DNA of 64,000 nt from Longimicrobiales bacterium (GCA_965219445.1 CBDCNQ010000002.1:288001-352000); one strand, 5' to 3'. Counted from the first letter of the stretch, positions 1 to 11,039 are shown. Program-made: numbers and translations. Notes: generated by a model not told the origin, from the letters alone.

Positions 1-299
1 GCAGGTGTACCTCGGGGCGAAGCCCGAGGCCGAGTTTTCTTGAGCGTGTTTCTAACGGCGTCGGCCCCTGTGGGGCTTTGGCTCGCTGCGGGCTGCTCAG
101 CCCATCTCTCTTGGGGTGACCACCGCCGTCCTTGCCTCCCCAACACGCCGACGTGAAGAGGGGCTCACGGTCCCACGGAGGCAGTCTGCCGCCGCAAGCG
201 GTAGAGCGAAGCGCTGACCGAAGGGGGACCGTGAGCCCTTCTTCCACCCGAAGAGAGCCCTCGATTGCCCCGAACTCCCCGGCAGTGTGATCTTCCCAT

Positions 300-1235
300 A
301 TGAATTCCGATTCGCCCCTCCCAGACGCGGAGATGCCGACCCGAGCCGGTTATGTTGCACTCCTAGGCCGTCCCAACGCGGGCAAATCCACGCTCATGAA
401 TCGTTTGCTCGGGCAAAAACTCAGCATCGTCACGGCCAAACCCCAGACAACTTGGCAACGCGTTACGGGTATCCATACTACGGACGGGACTCAGGCTATT
501 TTCCTCGATACACCGGGCCTCCTTCTGGCAAAGGATCTCTTTCAGCACTCGATGCTTGAAGAGGCGCTGGAGGCGGTGAGGGAGGGGGATGTCGTCCTGC
601 TTCTCGTGGACGCTACCGATCCGCTCCACGACGCGGAAAGAAAGGCCATATCGGATGCACTCTCCTTGTCGACGGCTCAGTTGATCGTCGTGATCAATAA
701 GATCGATCAGGCCGGACCCGAGGAAGTTGTGACGATCTCCCAATGGGCCAAAGCTGAACTCCAGGCCGATGCGCTCGGAGTGTCGGCGCTTCACGGTGAG
801 GGAGTGGAGGCGCTGTGGTCTGAGATCGAGGAGGCCTTACCCGAAGGGCCGTTCCTCTACCCACCGGACGACATCGCGGCCGCGCCGGTCCGGTTTTTCG
901 TAGGGGAGCTCATCCGGGAGACCGTGTTCGAACAATTCCGCGAGGAGGTCCCTTACTCGATCTTCGCCGCGGTCGACGAGTTTCGTGAGGACCAGGACCC
1001 CGTCTATATCAAGGCGAATCTTTTCGTGGAGAGGAACTCGCAGAAGGGGATCCTAGTTGGGGACCGGGGGACCGCAATCCGTGAATTGGGTCGGGCGTCT
1101 CGCGAAAAGATCGAGGAATTCATCGGACGACGGGTTTACCTCGAGCTGCGAGTCAAAGTGCGCCCAAAGTGGCGACGGAGGGAAAAGGACCTTGGTCGGT
1201 TCGGCTTTCGGGTGCCCGGGAGGATACAGCGGTAA
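300..1235 (+). CDS. era: GTPase Era
   Basis: GRPNAGKS, QTT, DTPG and NKID GTPase motifs; C-terminal KH domain (REEVPY, SQKGILVG). Confidence 0.97.
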   Translation: MNSDSPLPDAEMPTRAGYVALLGRPNAGKSTLMNRLLGQKLSIVTAKPQTTWQRVTGIHTTDGTQAIFLDTPGLLLAKDLFQHSMLEEALEAVREGDVVLLLVDATDPLHDAERKAISDALSLSTAQLIVVINKIDQAGPEEVVTISQWAKAELQADALGVSALHGEGVEALWSEIEEALPEGPFLYPPDDIAAAPVRFFVGELIRETVFEQFREEVPYSIFAAVDEFREDQDPVYIKANLFVERNSQKGILVGDRGTAIRELGRASREKIEEFIGRRVYLELRVKVRPKWRRREKDLGRFGFRVPGRIQR

Positions 1236-2227
1236 TGATTAGAACATGGCAGATCTTGCTCGTCGTCCTGCTGGCGCTGGTTACATCGGGTCACGTTCTG
1301 GGTCAGGACACTCCCTCTGATCTATCCGCTCCCGAAGGAGCCCTTTTTCTGCTGTTACCCGTGGGAGCCGAAGGCATATCGCTTGGGCGTGCCATGACTG
1401 CGGTCACCAGCGCGGAGTCAGCGTTCTGGAACCCGGCCGGGCTTGCGGGTCTCGACCGGAGCGAGCTCGTGATCATGAGGGGAGATCCGCTCGCGGGTGT
1501 ATCGACCGCACTCTCGTGGTCCATCGCACGCCAGCCGCTCGGCGTACTGGGTCTCTCGTACCATCTGCTCGACGGGGGTGAACAGAACCTCGTAGACGAC
1601 CAGCAGAATGTCCGTGGTACGATCAGCATCCGGAGTCACGTCGGTGTGGTCTCCGCCGCGACACGCCTCGCCCGTTGGCTCGACGTTGGCGTGAACATGA
1701 AGCTGGTGCGATTCGATCTTGCCTGTCGTGGGCAGTGCGATGACGCCGGGGTCCAGTCAAGCGGTTGGGCCGGGGACGTCGGCCTCCAGGCACAGCCACT
1801 AGAGAATGTGCCACTCCGATTCGGCGCCATGGTGGCGCACTTCGGCCCGAGGTTCCAGGTCGTCAACGCTGCTCAAGCCGATCCTCTCCCGACCAGGATA
1901 AGGCTCTCGGTCGCCTACGAGGTGCTCCAGCACTTCGACCCTCCGGCGGATTTGGCACTATGGGTTCGGTTCGAGGTCGAGGATCGCCTGAAACAGCTTG
2001 GGAACGCTCCATCCTACTACGTGGCGACCGAATTGGTGGCCGGAAGTACCGACGCGATCTTCCTTCGGGCCAGTCACGCGAGGGAGGAAATCAAAGAGGC
2101 CGACGAAATCGCCTTCGGCCTGGGATTGCGATACCAGCGATTCGAACTCGCGCTGGCGAGGAGTTTCACGTCGTCGATTCTGGAGGGGAGTGAACCGGTC
2201 TACGTGTCATTTGGCCTCCTTTTCTAG
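1235..2227 (+). CDS. PorV/PorQ-family outer-membrane beta-barrel protein
   Basis: Signal peptide; FLLLPVGA..SLGRA and FWNPAGLA motifs; C-terminal aromatic residue; ATG overlaps the era stop (TAATG). Confidence 0.75.
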   Translation: MIRTWQILLVVLLALVTSGHVLGQDTPSDLSAPEGALFLLLPVGAEGISLGRAMTAVTSAESAFWNPAGLAGLDRSELVIMRGDPLAGVSTALSWSIARQPLGVLGLSYHLLDGGEQNLVDDQQNVRGTISIRSHVGVVSAATRLARWLDVGVNMKLVRFDLACRGQCDDAGVQSSGWAGDVGLQAQPLENVPLRFGAMVAHFGPRFQVVNAAQADPLPTRIRLSVAYEVLQHFDPPADLALWVRFEVEDRLKQLGNAPSYYVATELVAGSTDAIFLRASHAREEIKEADEIAFGLGLRYQRFELALARSFTSSILEGSEPVYVSFGLLF

Positions 2228-3125
2228 AAGGCGGGTCCCGCGACGAAGCCTATTCTGGGCGAGCCTGTTCGCCGTGGCTTCGGTGCCGGGATGGGATGGG
2301 GGAGCCGCCTCTGCCCAGGTGCTCGATCCGTGCCCCGTGCTTGCCGAGCCACATTTTCTGGTGCTCCGTGCGCAGACCCCATGCCCCTTGGCGGCGGGCC
2401 ACCAGGATGCGCACGAGCCTCCGGCCTTGAGCCCCGGCCGGGCGCTTCTCTATTCCGCGCTCGTTCCGGGGCTCGGACAGCGTAAGCTGGGCAAGGGTCG
2501 CTGGCTCGCCTACCTGGCAGTCGAGGGCGCGGCCTGGATCGCGTTTGGCCATCAGCAGTGGTCAGCAACCGATGAGAGAGGTCAGTATCGGGATCTGGCA
2601 TGGGACGTGGCTCGCTCGTTCGACGGCCCCAGGATGGATGGGGATTTTCCCTACTACGAAGCCATGGAGAAATTTCTCGCGTCCGGCGCTTTCGATTCGG
2701 ATCCCGGTGCTCCAGGTCTCCAGCCCGAGATGGACCCGTCCACTTTCAACGGCCAGGAGTGGCTTTTAGCCACCCAGATCCATTTCCCTCCTGGCTCGAA
2801 TCCTCTTCCCGGTGACCCGGAGTACGAGGCCGCCTTGGCGGACTATCGGGCCCGCGCTTACGACGAGCGCTTCGAATGGTCCTGGGCCGGGCAATCGACG
2901 GCTTTGACGGACTATAAGGAACTGATCGACTCGAGCGACGGATCCTTCAGGCGCGCATCACAATTTCTGGGTGTCGTCATCGCAAACCATCTCCTGAGCG
3001 GCATCGATGCCTTCGTGACTGCGAGGATACAGGGCTCCGGACGGAGTCAGACCGAGGTCCAGATTCGCCTCATACCTCCAGACGATAGGAGTCGGCTCGG
3101 GCTCGTCCTTCAGGTGAGACATTGA
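2190..3125 (+). CDS. hypothetical exported/membrane protein (start uncertain)
   Basis: Long ORF filling the gap to rnr; signal-like N-terminus; SALVPGLGQ motif and hydrophobic segments. Confidence 0.7.
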   Translation: MNRSTCHLASFSRRRVPRRSLFWASLFAVASVPGWDGGAASAQVLDPCPVLAEPHFLVLRAQTPCPLAAGHQDAHEPPALSPGRALLYSALVPGLGQRKLGKGRWLAYLAVEGAAWIAFGHQQWSATDERGQYRDLAWDVARSFDGPRMDGDFPYYEAMEKFLASGAFDSDPGAPGLQPEMDPSTFNGQEWLLATQIHFPPGSNPLPGDPEYEAALADYRARAYDERFEWSWAGQSTALTDYKELIDSSDGSFRRASQFLGVVIANHLLSGIDAFVTARIQGSGRSQTEVQIRLIPPDDRSRLGLVLQVRH

Positions 3126-3144
3126 CGTCGAGTGAGGGATTGAC

Positions 3145-5286
3145 GTGGCTCGGAAGGTGAAGATCCCCTCTGAAGACTCGGTGCTCGAATACCTCCGCCA
3201 CTCCCGACGGGGCCCGATGAAGGCGAAGCGGATCGCGAAGGGGCTGGGGGTGGCGCCGCGGGATTTTCGGGAGTTTCGGGCTCTCCTCAGAAGTATGCTC
3301 GAGCGGGGGCACGTATACCGTGTGAAAGGGCAGCGTTTCGCTGTGCCCGAGAAGGTCAGCCTCGTTGCGGGCCGGGTTGCGGTTACGCAGAAGGGCGACG
3401 GCTTCGTGACGCCGGACAAGGGTGGGCAAGACATCTTCGTGCCGGGCCTCTCCCTGGAGTCCGCCATGGATGGCGACCAGGTGTTTGTCCGAGTGGAGGG
3501 GCGTCCACGCGGCCGCAGTCCCGTTGGACGTGTGATCAAGGTTCTGGACCGAGCGCACGAGACGGTGGTGGGCACCTTTCACAGCTCGCGCTCCTTCGGG
3601 GTGGTTCACCCCCGAAATCGTCGAATATCCCCAGAGATCTTGGTGGCTCAGGGAGAGGAAGCGACGGCTTCGGAGGGTGACATCGTGGTCGCCCGCATCA
3701 CGACGTACGGTAGTGGCAAGGTTGGGCCGATGGGCCGCGTCGAGACGGTGTTAGGGAAATCGGCTGATCCGGGCGTCGACATCCTGTCCGTGATCCACGA
3801 CCACGGGTTGCCGTTGGCCTTTCCGGACGGCGTCGTTGAGGCGGCGCGTCAGGCCGTGGTCCATCGAAGGAAGGATCCGGGAGACCACCGCACCGACCGG
3901 CGGGACCTTCATGTATTCACCATCGACCCGGCGGATGCCAAGGACCATGACGATGCGCTCTCGGTCCGGTCTCTCGGAGACGGGTCCTGGGAGGTCGGCA
4001 TCCATATCGCCGACGTCTCCCATTTCGTTAGCGCGGGGGACGAGGTGGACCTGGAGGCCTTCAAGCGGGGCACGAGCGTCTACCTTGTGGACCGGGTCAT
4101 TCCGATGCTCCCACATGAGCTATCGACCGACGCCTGTTCTTTGCTTCCGGACACGGACCGGTTCGCGGTGTCGGTCTTCGCTACGGTGGACTCGGCCGGC
4201 CGCGTCCGAGACTCCCGGTTCGAACGCACGGAGATCCGAAGCAGGCATAAGCTCAGTTACGAAGAGGCGCAGGCCGTCTTGGACAACGAAAAGGCGATCG
4301 ATCCCGAGACGGATGAGGCCCTCCGCTCCCTGGCGACCCTTGCCGAAATCCTGCGTGAGAAACGGAGGGCTCGTGGCTCACTGGACTTCGACCTACCGGA
4401 GGCCCACGTGCTGCTGAGTGAAGGGGGTAAGCCGGTCTCGATCCTTCGGATCGAAAGGTTGGAAAGCCACCGCCTTGTCGAGGCCTTCATGCTGCTCGCC
4501 AACGAGGTCGTGGCGCGTGTGGCGGGAGTAGAGCGGTTGCCGATCCTCTACCGGGTACATGAGCCCCCTCCCACCGACAAGATGCGGGACCTGCGAACGC
4601 TCCTGGGCCGCCTCAGTTACAGTGTTCCCAAGGGGAAGATCTCGCAAAAAGACCTACAAGCGGTACTCGAGCAGGTCGAGGGGCGGTCCGAAGAAAAACT
4701 CGTCTCTACGGTCATCCTCCGGTCCATGAGCCGAGCCCGGTACAATGCCCGAAACCTCGGCCACTACGGCCTGGCGTCGGACTGGTACACGCATTTCACG
4801 TCGCCTATCCGGCGGTATCCGGATCTGTGGCTGCACCGGGTTCTCACGCACACCCTCGTCGAGGGTAGCACTGCTCCGGAAGACTGGAAGGGACAGGATC
4901 TCGAGGAAAAAGCGGAGCGTTGCAGCGTGCGCGAAAGAGTCGCAGAGGCCGCGGAAAGAGAAAGTGTAGACCTCAAGAAGGTCGAATACATGGAGCGGCA
5001 CCTCGGCGACGAATTCTTCGGCACGGTGTCCGGCGTCACGTCCTTCGGGATTTTCGTTCTCCTCGACGACGTCTTCGTGGAGGGACTGGTCCACGTGAAC
5101 AGCATGACCGACGATTATTACATCTTCCGCCAGGACCGTTACATGTTGGTCGGAGAGCGGTCGCACCGTACCTTCCGTCTAGGGGACCGCCTGGAGATAC
5201 AGGTGGCTCGCGTCGATAAGGAGGAACTTTTTATCGACTTCACCATTGTAGACTCATCGAAAACCTCGAAAAGGGCGAGGTATTGA
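3145..5286 (+). CDS. rnr: ribonuclease R
   Basis: Cold-shock domains, RNB catalytic motif TIDPADAKDHDDA, HFTSPIRRYPD, C-terminal S1 domain. Confidence 0.96.
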   Translation: MARKVKIPSEDSVLEYLRHSRRGPMKAKRIAKGLGVAPRDFREFRALLRSMLERGHVYRVKGQRFAVPEKVSLVAGRVAVTQKGDGFVTPDKGGQDIFVPGLSLESAMDGDQVFVRVEGRPRGRSPVGRVIKVLDRAHETVVGTFHSSRSFGVVHPRNRRISPEILVAQGEEATASEGDIVVARITTYGSGKVGPMGRVETVLGKSADPGVDILSVIHDHGLPLAFPDGVVEAARQAVVHRRKDPGDHRTDRRDLHVFTIDPADAKDHDDALSVRSLGDGSWEVGIHIADVSHFVSAGDEVDLEAFKRGTSVYLVDRVIPMLPHELSTDACSLLPDTDRFAVSVFATVDSAGRVRDSRFERTEIRSRHKLSYEEAQAVLDNEKAIDPETDEALRSLATLAEILREKRRARGSLDFDLPEAHVLLSEGGKPVSILRIERLESHRLVEAFMLLANEVVARVAGVERLPILYRVHEPPPTDKMRDLRTLLGRLSYSVPKGKISQKDLQAVLEQVEGRSEEKLVSTVILRSMSRARYNARNLGHYGLASDWYTHFTSPIRRYPDLWLHRVLTHTLVEGSTAPEDWKGQDLEEKAERCSVRERVAEAAERESVDLKKVEYMERHLGDEFFGTVSGVTSFGIFVLLDDVFVEGLVHVNSMTDDYYIFRQDRYMLVGERSHRTFRLGDRLEIQVARVDKEELFIDFTIVDSSKTSKRARY

Positions 5287-5371
5287 CCTGGTGAGGTAGA
5301 GACGCGGTGTTGACAGCCACCAAGGGTCACCACTACGCTCGCAACGTCCATCTCCCCAATTGCAAGGTGGC

Positions 5372-6328
5372 ATGTCCACACGGCCGATCGTGTACAAGGG
5401 CTCGTGGCCCGGAAAGTGGTCGGATCTGCTTTCCCGGTTTTCGGCTCGACATGACCTTCCCCTCGAGACCACTGAGGAACTCGAGGAAGTCCACGCGTTC
5501 GTCAACCGTGCGTTCCCGTCGTGTCTGGTGCTGGAGGGCGCGAGCGATACGGAAGACGCGCTTGCTCTCTGCTCTGATCTGAAGAAGGACCCGTTCACCG
5601 CGGTCGTACCGATCGTCGTGTTGGTTCTGGCCGACCAGACGGACCTGATCTCTGACTGGCTCGCGGCAGGAGCCGACGAGGTCGTCTCCGAGACCCACTC
5701 CGAACGGGAGCAAGATCTACGGCTCGGGCTCGTAATCCGACGCGCCCAACGGGATGTCGCTGTGCATCCAACGACTCGGCTTCCGGGGACCGTCCAGATC
5801 GAGCGAGATATCGGTGAACGTCTCCGGATCGGAGAGGAATTCGCCGTATGCTATGCGGACCTAGACAACTTCAAGGAGTTCAACGACCGATACGGGTATA
5901 ACCACGGGGATCACGTGATCTTGCTGCTCTCCCGGATCCTTCGGGATGTGGTTCGCGGGCTTGCACCGGATGGATTCGTGGGTCACATCGGCGGCGATGA
6001 CTTTATCTTCATCCTCAACATGAAGTATCTTGAAAGATGTTGCGACGAGATCATCTATCTCTTCGACGAGCTCATCCCGTATCAATACACGGTGGAGGAC
6101 CGTCGCGCCGGTTATTTTCTCGGGAAGGACCGCCGGGGCAGCATAAGACGGGTTCCGCTGATGACGCTTTCGATCGGTGTCGTCACGAACCAGATCCAGC
6201 CGTTTTCGCACACGGCCCAGGTGAGCGAGTTAGCTGCAGAAATGAAGACCTACACGAAGTCGCTCCCCGGCTCGGTCTATGCCGTAGACCGTAGACGGCC
6301 ATTCAAAGAAGAAGTCGAGCAACCATGA
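5372..6328 (+). CDS. diguanylate cyclase (degenerate receiver-like + GGDEF domain)
   Basis: DLDNFKEFNDRYGYNHGD and GHIGGDDF motifs. Confidence 0.88.
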   Translation: MSTRPIVYKGSWPGKWSDLLSRFSARHDLPLETTEELEEVHAFVNRAFPSCLVLEGASDTEDALALCSDLKKDPFTAVVPIVVLVLADQTDLISDWLAAGADEVVSETHSEREQDLRLGLVIRRAQRDVAVHPTTRLPGTVQIERDIGERLRIGEEFAVCYADLDNFKEFNDRYGYNHGDHVILLLSRILRDVVRGLAPDGFVGHIGGDDFIFILNMKYLERCCDEIIYLFDELIPYQYTVEDRRAGYFLGKDRRGSIRRVPLMTLSIGVVTNQIQPFSHTAQVSELAAEMKTYTKSLPGSVYAVDRRRPFKEEVEQP

Positions 6329-6957
6329 CGATTACGGTTTCCTGTCCGTCCTGTGAAACGTCCTTTCCCGTCGACCCGGACAAGGTCCCGGCAGAAGGAG
6401 TACGCGCGCAATGCAGCGTCTGTCCCGAAATCTTTGACGTCGATAAACCGAATGGGGTCAGCCCCGAGGCAGCCGATCCCCTGGAAGCTGCTGCGGTGGA
6501 TCTACCGGGGGTCGAAGGGTCCCTCGAGACAACCGATTACAGCGTCACAGAAGACGAGGCGACCGACGGAGACATCGACCTGGGCCCAACCGAGGACTAC
6601 GCGACCGGAGACGTGGCGATCGACATCGGGCCGGTCGACCCGCCCGCAGCGGGGGTCGTCGAGTCGTCGCCGGAAAGTCCGGGTGCCATCCGATTCGGTC
6701 GGCGTAGCCCCGAGGATAAGGCGAAGAGCTTGGCGAGGAGCCTGGTGTCAGACTTGATCGCCTACAATCCCGAGAAACACAAAGAAGCGCTAGCGACCGA
6801 GACCCTACAGGAGGTCTTCGGCGAAGAAATAGAGAAGTCCCTGAAGGAATACCAGGAGCAGGTAGAGCCTGACGTGATGGCCCGGGGCTCATTCTTCAAC
6901 GATGCCCTCAACTCGATCCTGGCTGAGGGACAATCAATCTTCACCCTCGACGACTAA
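6325..6957 (+). CDS. zinc-ribbon (MJ0042-like) domain protein
   Basis: N-terminal CPSC...CSVC; acidic linker; helical C-terminal domain. Confidence 0.8.
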   Translation: MTITVSCPSCETSFPVDPDKVPAEGVRAQCSVCPEIFDVDKPNGVSPEAADPLEAAAVDLPGVEGSLETTDYSVTEDEATDGDIDLGPTEDYATGDVAIDIGPVDPPAAGVVESSPESPGAIRFGRRSPEDKAKSLARSLVSDLIAYNPEKHKEALATETLQEVFGEEIEKSLKEYQEQVEPDVMARGSFFNDALNSILAEGQSIFTLDD

Positions 6958-6991
6958 GAGGCTGGTAGGCTGGAATATATTCCCGGCAGCC

Positions 6992-7027
6992 GAGGGGTCG
7001 TCCTTGCGGACGGCCCCTTCTTGCGTT
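6992..7027 (+). terminator. probable intrinsic terminator
   Basis: GAGGGGTCGTCC-TTGC-GGACGGCCCCTT hairpin followed by a T-rich tract, just after the stop at 6957. Confidence 0.65.
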
Positions 7028-7098
7028 GAATGGACTTCGAGAAGGGTGACCCACTCCCCTTCCGATCACCTTTCTAGGACGGAAGAGATCCCGTGGCG

Positions 7099-8212
7099 AT
7101 GACCAAGGAAGGCCTCCAGCGCTTGGACGTGATCCGCGGACTCATCTCCGACCTTCGGGGGTATCTTTGACGTCGACGGGAAGAGCGTTCGAATTGAGGA
7201 ACTCGACAAGCAGATGGCTGCTGCCGGATTCTGGGACAACCAGGATCAGGCGCGCGAAGTCATCGCCGAGTCGAATCGCCTGAAGGGTTGGGTCGAACCC
7301 TGGAAGAGACTGGACGAACAGTCCTCCGACCTCATCGAAATGGCCACGCTCCTGGAGATGGAGTCGGATGATGATCTCGAGGCGGAATGGCTCGCCGAGG
7401 TCGAGGAAATGGAACGCCTCATCACGGCGCTCGAAGTCCGTACAATGCTCCAGGGAGCCGATGATCATCGGGGGGCATTACTCACGGTTCACCCAGGCGC
7501 GGGTGGCTTGGAGTCGCAGGATTGGGCCGAGATGCTGACCCGCATGTATACGCGGTGGGCCGAGCGCCACGGCTATAGCGTCAACGTGCTCGATATGCAA
7601 CCAGGCGATGAGGCCGGGATCAAGAGCGCGACGCTGGAGGTCTCGGGGGAGGACGCCTACGGCTATCTGAAGGCGGAGAAGGGCGTACACCGGCTCGTGC
7701 GTATATCACCCTTCGACGCTCAGTCGCGGCGGCATACGTCCTTTGCGAGCGTGTTCGTGTATCCGCAGGTGGACGACGAGATCGAAATCGAAATCGACGA
7801 GTCGGATTTACGCATCGACACGTTCCGTGCATCCGGCGCAGGCGGGCAGCACGTGAACAAGACGGATTCCGCGATCCGGATCACCCACGTTCCCACGGGA
7901 ATCGTCGTCTCCTGCCAGCAAGAGCGGTCTCAGCACAAGAATCGCGCGACGGCCATGAAGATGCTCAAGGCCGGACTGTACGAGCGTGCTCTGGAGGAAC
8001 AGGAGAAAGAGAAGGCTGTGCTCGAGGCCACGAAGACGGAGATCGCGTGGGGGAACCAAATTCGGTCCTACGTCTTTCAGCCCTATACGATGGTCAACGA
8101 TCATCGGACTGAAGTGAAGGTCGGTGACGTGAACAAGGTGATGGATGGTGACCTCGATCCATTTATCGAGGCTTACCTGAAACGGTCCGCCGGACAGGGT
8201 GCGGGAACTTGA
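7099..8212 (+). CDS. prfB: peptide chain release factor 2 with programmed +1 frameshift
   Basis: ATG at 7099 is in frame with CTT TGA C at 7165-7171, preceded by an SD-like GGGGG; downstream frame has SPF and GGQ motifs. Confidence 0.96.
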
Positions 8213-9774
8213 CTGAATCTTCGCGGGGGAGTGAGGCTGAGGCACTCACGTCCGAGGACCTGAGCCAAGTCAGGCGGCACCGCCAGAACAAGCTAAAGGC
8301 GATCCGGGAGCGGGGCCTCGAGCCGTACGCGTATACGTATGACCGGACCCATCTCACCGTCGAGGCCGCCTCGCTCTTCGAGCAGGCCGAGCAGGCAGGT
8401 GAGCTCGATGAGAACCACCGGGGGGGCCGGGTGTCGGTCGCGGGACGCATCACGAGTTACCGGTCCCATGGGAAGAGCGCGTTCGCGCATATCGAGGATC
8501 GCTCCGGTCCGATTCAGGTCTATTTCCGCAAGGACGTACTCGGAGACGAGCCGTTCGAGACGCTGGAATTGCTCGACCTCAGTGATTGGATCGGCGTGGC
8601 GGGCGTGCTCTTTAGGACACGCACGGGAGAGGTCACCGTACAGGTGCAGGACTGGACGCTCCTTTCGAAGTCCCTGCGGCCGCTCCCCTTCGGGAAGACC
8701 GAGACGGACGGGGAGACCGGGGAACGCAGCACGTTTAGCGGATTCACGGACAAGGAAGCCCGGTACCGACAACGGTATGCGGACCTTGCGGTCAATCCCG
8801 ACGTCCGGGAGGTATTCCGGGCCCGCGCCAAGATCATCTCGGAACTCCGCAGCTTCTTGGACGGTGAGGATTTCCTGGAAGTGGAGACGCCGGCCCTTCA
8901 GCCTCTGTACGGTGGGGCCGCGGCGCGTCCGTTCCTCACCAAGCACAAGGCTCTGGACCGGAACCTCTACCTTCGGATCGCCGACGAGCTCTACCTCAAG
9001 CGGCTCATCGTCGGGGGTTTGGGGCGTGTGTACGAGATCTGCAAGGACTTCCGGAACGAGGGCATCGATCGTTTCCATAATCCCGAGTTCACCATGCTCG
9101 AATTCTACCAGGCCTTCATCGACTATAAGGGCTTGATGGACCTGACGGAGCGTATGTTGGAGCACGTGGTTCGGTCGGCGACGGGTTCGCTCGAAATCGA
9201 CTACCAAGGCTATGAGATCGACTTCGCCGGACCCTACGAGCGTGTGCCTATGCTGGACAGCCTCTCCGAAGCCCTCGGAGCCGATGTGCGCGTGCTTTCC
9301 GCCGACGACCTGCGAGCCCATGCCGAGCGCTTGAAGCTCCCCGATCTCGAGGGAGCTGGCTGGGGCAAGCTCATCGATAAGCTCTTCGGGGAACTGGTTC
9401 AGCCGAAGCTGATCCGGCCCACCTTTGTGGTGGACCACCCCAAGGAGCTCAGCCCCCTCGCAAAGCAACATCGCGACGACCCCGACCTCACCGAGCGGTT
9501 CGAGCTCATCGTCGCGGGGGAGGAAATCGCGAACGCCTTCTCGGAGTTGAACGATCCGATCGACCAGAGGCAGCGCTTCGGTGCCCAGGCCCGGCTCAAG
9601 GAAGCTGGCGATGACGAGACGCAGCCGATCGACGAGGACTACCTGAGGGCCCTCGAATACGGCATGCCTCCGACTGGAGGCCTGGGCATGGGGGTCGATC
9701 GGCTGACGATGCTCCTCACGGATCAACCCTCGATTCGCGACGTGATCCTTTTCCCCACGCTCCGCGACGAGTGA
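8209..9774 (+). CDS. lysS: lysine--tRNA ligase (class II)
   Basis: OB fold; YLRIADELYLKRL, FRNEG, GMPPTGGLGMGVDRL. Confidence 0.97.
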   Translation: MTESSRGSEAEALTSEDLSQVRRHRQNKLKAIRERGLEPYAYTYDRTHLTVEAASLFEQAEQAGELDENHRGGRVSVAGRITSYRSHGKSAFAHIEDRSGPIQVYFRKDVLGDEPFETLELLDLSDWIGVAGVLFRTRTGEVTVQVQDWTLLSKSLRPLPFGKTETDGETGERSTFSGFTDKEARYRQRYADLAVNPDVREVFRARAKIISELRSFLDGEDFLEVETPALQPLYGGAAARPFLTKHKALDRNLYLRIADELYLKRLIVGGLGRVYEICKDFRNEGIDRFHNPEFTMLEFYQAFIDYKGLMDLTERMLEHVVRSATGSLEIDYQGYEIDFAGPYERVPMLDSLSEALGADVRVLSADDLRAHAERLKLPDLEGAGWGKLIDKLFGELVQPKLIRPTFVVDHPKELSPLAKQHRDDPDLTERFELIVAGEEIANAFSELNDPIDQRQRFGAQARLKEAGDDETQPIDEDYLRALEYGMPPTGGLGMGVDRLTMLLTDQPSIRDVILFPTLRDE

Positions 9775-11039
9775 TGTCCTCTCCCTCGCCGCGTCGTGGA
9801 TTGGAGTGGTACGTCGCGCGACGGTATATGGCGTCCAGGCGTAGAGGCCGCCTGTTCTCCTTCATCACGTGGATCGCGTTGGGTGGAGTGACGATCGGGG
9901 TCGGCGCTCTCGTGGTCGTGATCGGCGTGATGTCGGGAATGCAGGAAGATCTCCTGGGAAAGATTCTGGAGTCCTCTCCCCACGTGCTCATCCAGCAGCA
10001 GGGCAGCAGTCTACGGATGGATGACTGGGAGACGGTGGCCGAGCGAGTCCGGCAAATCGAAGGCGTCGAGGCCGTCGCCCCCTGGGTCCTCACCACAGTC
10101 ACCGCTCTTCGGGGGAGATATTCGCAGTCCGCCGACATGTACGGGGTGGCCCTCGATGTAAGGGGACCGGCGGTCACCGAGATGGAGGCCCGGATTAAGG
10201 AGGGGGCTCACGACCTCGGTCCGACCGACTCCGGCCTCCCACCCATCCTGATGGGAAGCCGGCTCGCAGCCCGAATGCAGGTCTTGAACGGAGACACACT
10301 CACACTGATCGCCTTCGAGAACCTGACCGTGGACGTGATGGGGATGCCCTCTCCCAGCATGCGTCAGTATGAAGTCACTGGGACTTTTACGACCGGCATG
10401 TACGACTATGACGTCAAGAACATCTATGTGCCGATCGAGGCGGCACAGGAGCAGTTGGGTATTCTGGACCGCGACCAGGTTTCCGGGCTCGGGGTACGGG
10501 TCGACGATCCTGATCAAGCGTTATTGGTGTCAGACCTGATTCAGAACTCGCTCGGCAACGAATTCTATGCCGTCAGTTGGAGCACGACCAACCGGGCCCT
10601 CTTTTCGGCGCTCGAGCTCGAGAAGCTGGCCATGTACCTGATTCTGACGCTGATCGTCGTCGTCGCCGCGTTCAACATCGTTAGCACTCTCGTGATGGTG
10701 GTGGTGGACCGAACGCGAGAGATCGGCATCCTCAAGTCCATGGGAATGACGGACCGCATGATTCTCAGAATCTTCATGCTCCAGGGCCTCTCCATCGGAA
10801 TCATCGGTACCACCCTGGGGACGGTAATCGGATTGGTGCTCTCTTGGGTGTTGGACACCTTCGAGATCATCACGATTCCGGCGGAGGTGTACTTCGTCGA
10901 GAACCTACCGGTCTCGGTCCACGCGACCGACGTCGGGATGATCGTGAGCGTAAGCCTTATCATCGCTTTCCTGGCCACGATCTATCCCGCGCTGAAAGCA
11001 TCTCAGCTTGAGCCCGTCCAGGCGATCCGGCATGAATAG
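9771..11039 (+). CDS. LolC/E-family lipoprotein-releasing ABC permease
   Basis: FtsX/MacB topology; VAAFNIVSTL, REIGILKSMG; upstream of a LolD-like ATPase. Confidence 0.9.
   Translation: MMSSPSPRRGLEWYVARRYMASRRRGRLFSFITWIALGGVTIGVGALVVVIGVMSGMQEDLLGKILESSPHVLIQQQGSSLRMDDWETVAERVRQIEGVEAVAPWVLTTVTALRGRYSQSADMYGVALDVRGPAVTEMEARIKEGAHDLGPTDSGLPPILMGSRLAARMQVLNGDTLTLIAFENLTVDVMGMPSPSMRQYEVTGTFTTGMYDYDVKNIYVPIEAAQEQLGILDRDQVSGLGVRVDDPDQALLVSDLIQNSLGNEFYAVSWSTTNRALFSALELEKLAMYLILTLIVVVAAFNIVSTLVMVVVDRTREIGILKSMGMTDRMILRIFMLQGLSIGIIGTTLGTVIGLVLSWVLDTFEIITIPAEVYFVENLPVSVHATDVGMIVSVSLIIAFLATIYPALKASQLEPVQAIRHE

Noticed and set aside
1..299. Possible end of an upstream CDS (stop at 41-43) and GC-rich stems before era
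   Set aside because: Too little sequence to identify; no recognisable RNA motif.
8293..9726. Long antisense ORF over lysS (similar ones over the M23, DUF512, integrase and IS3 genes)
   Set aside because: Shadow ORFs expected from high-GC codon bias; the opposite strand carries the recognisable gene.
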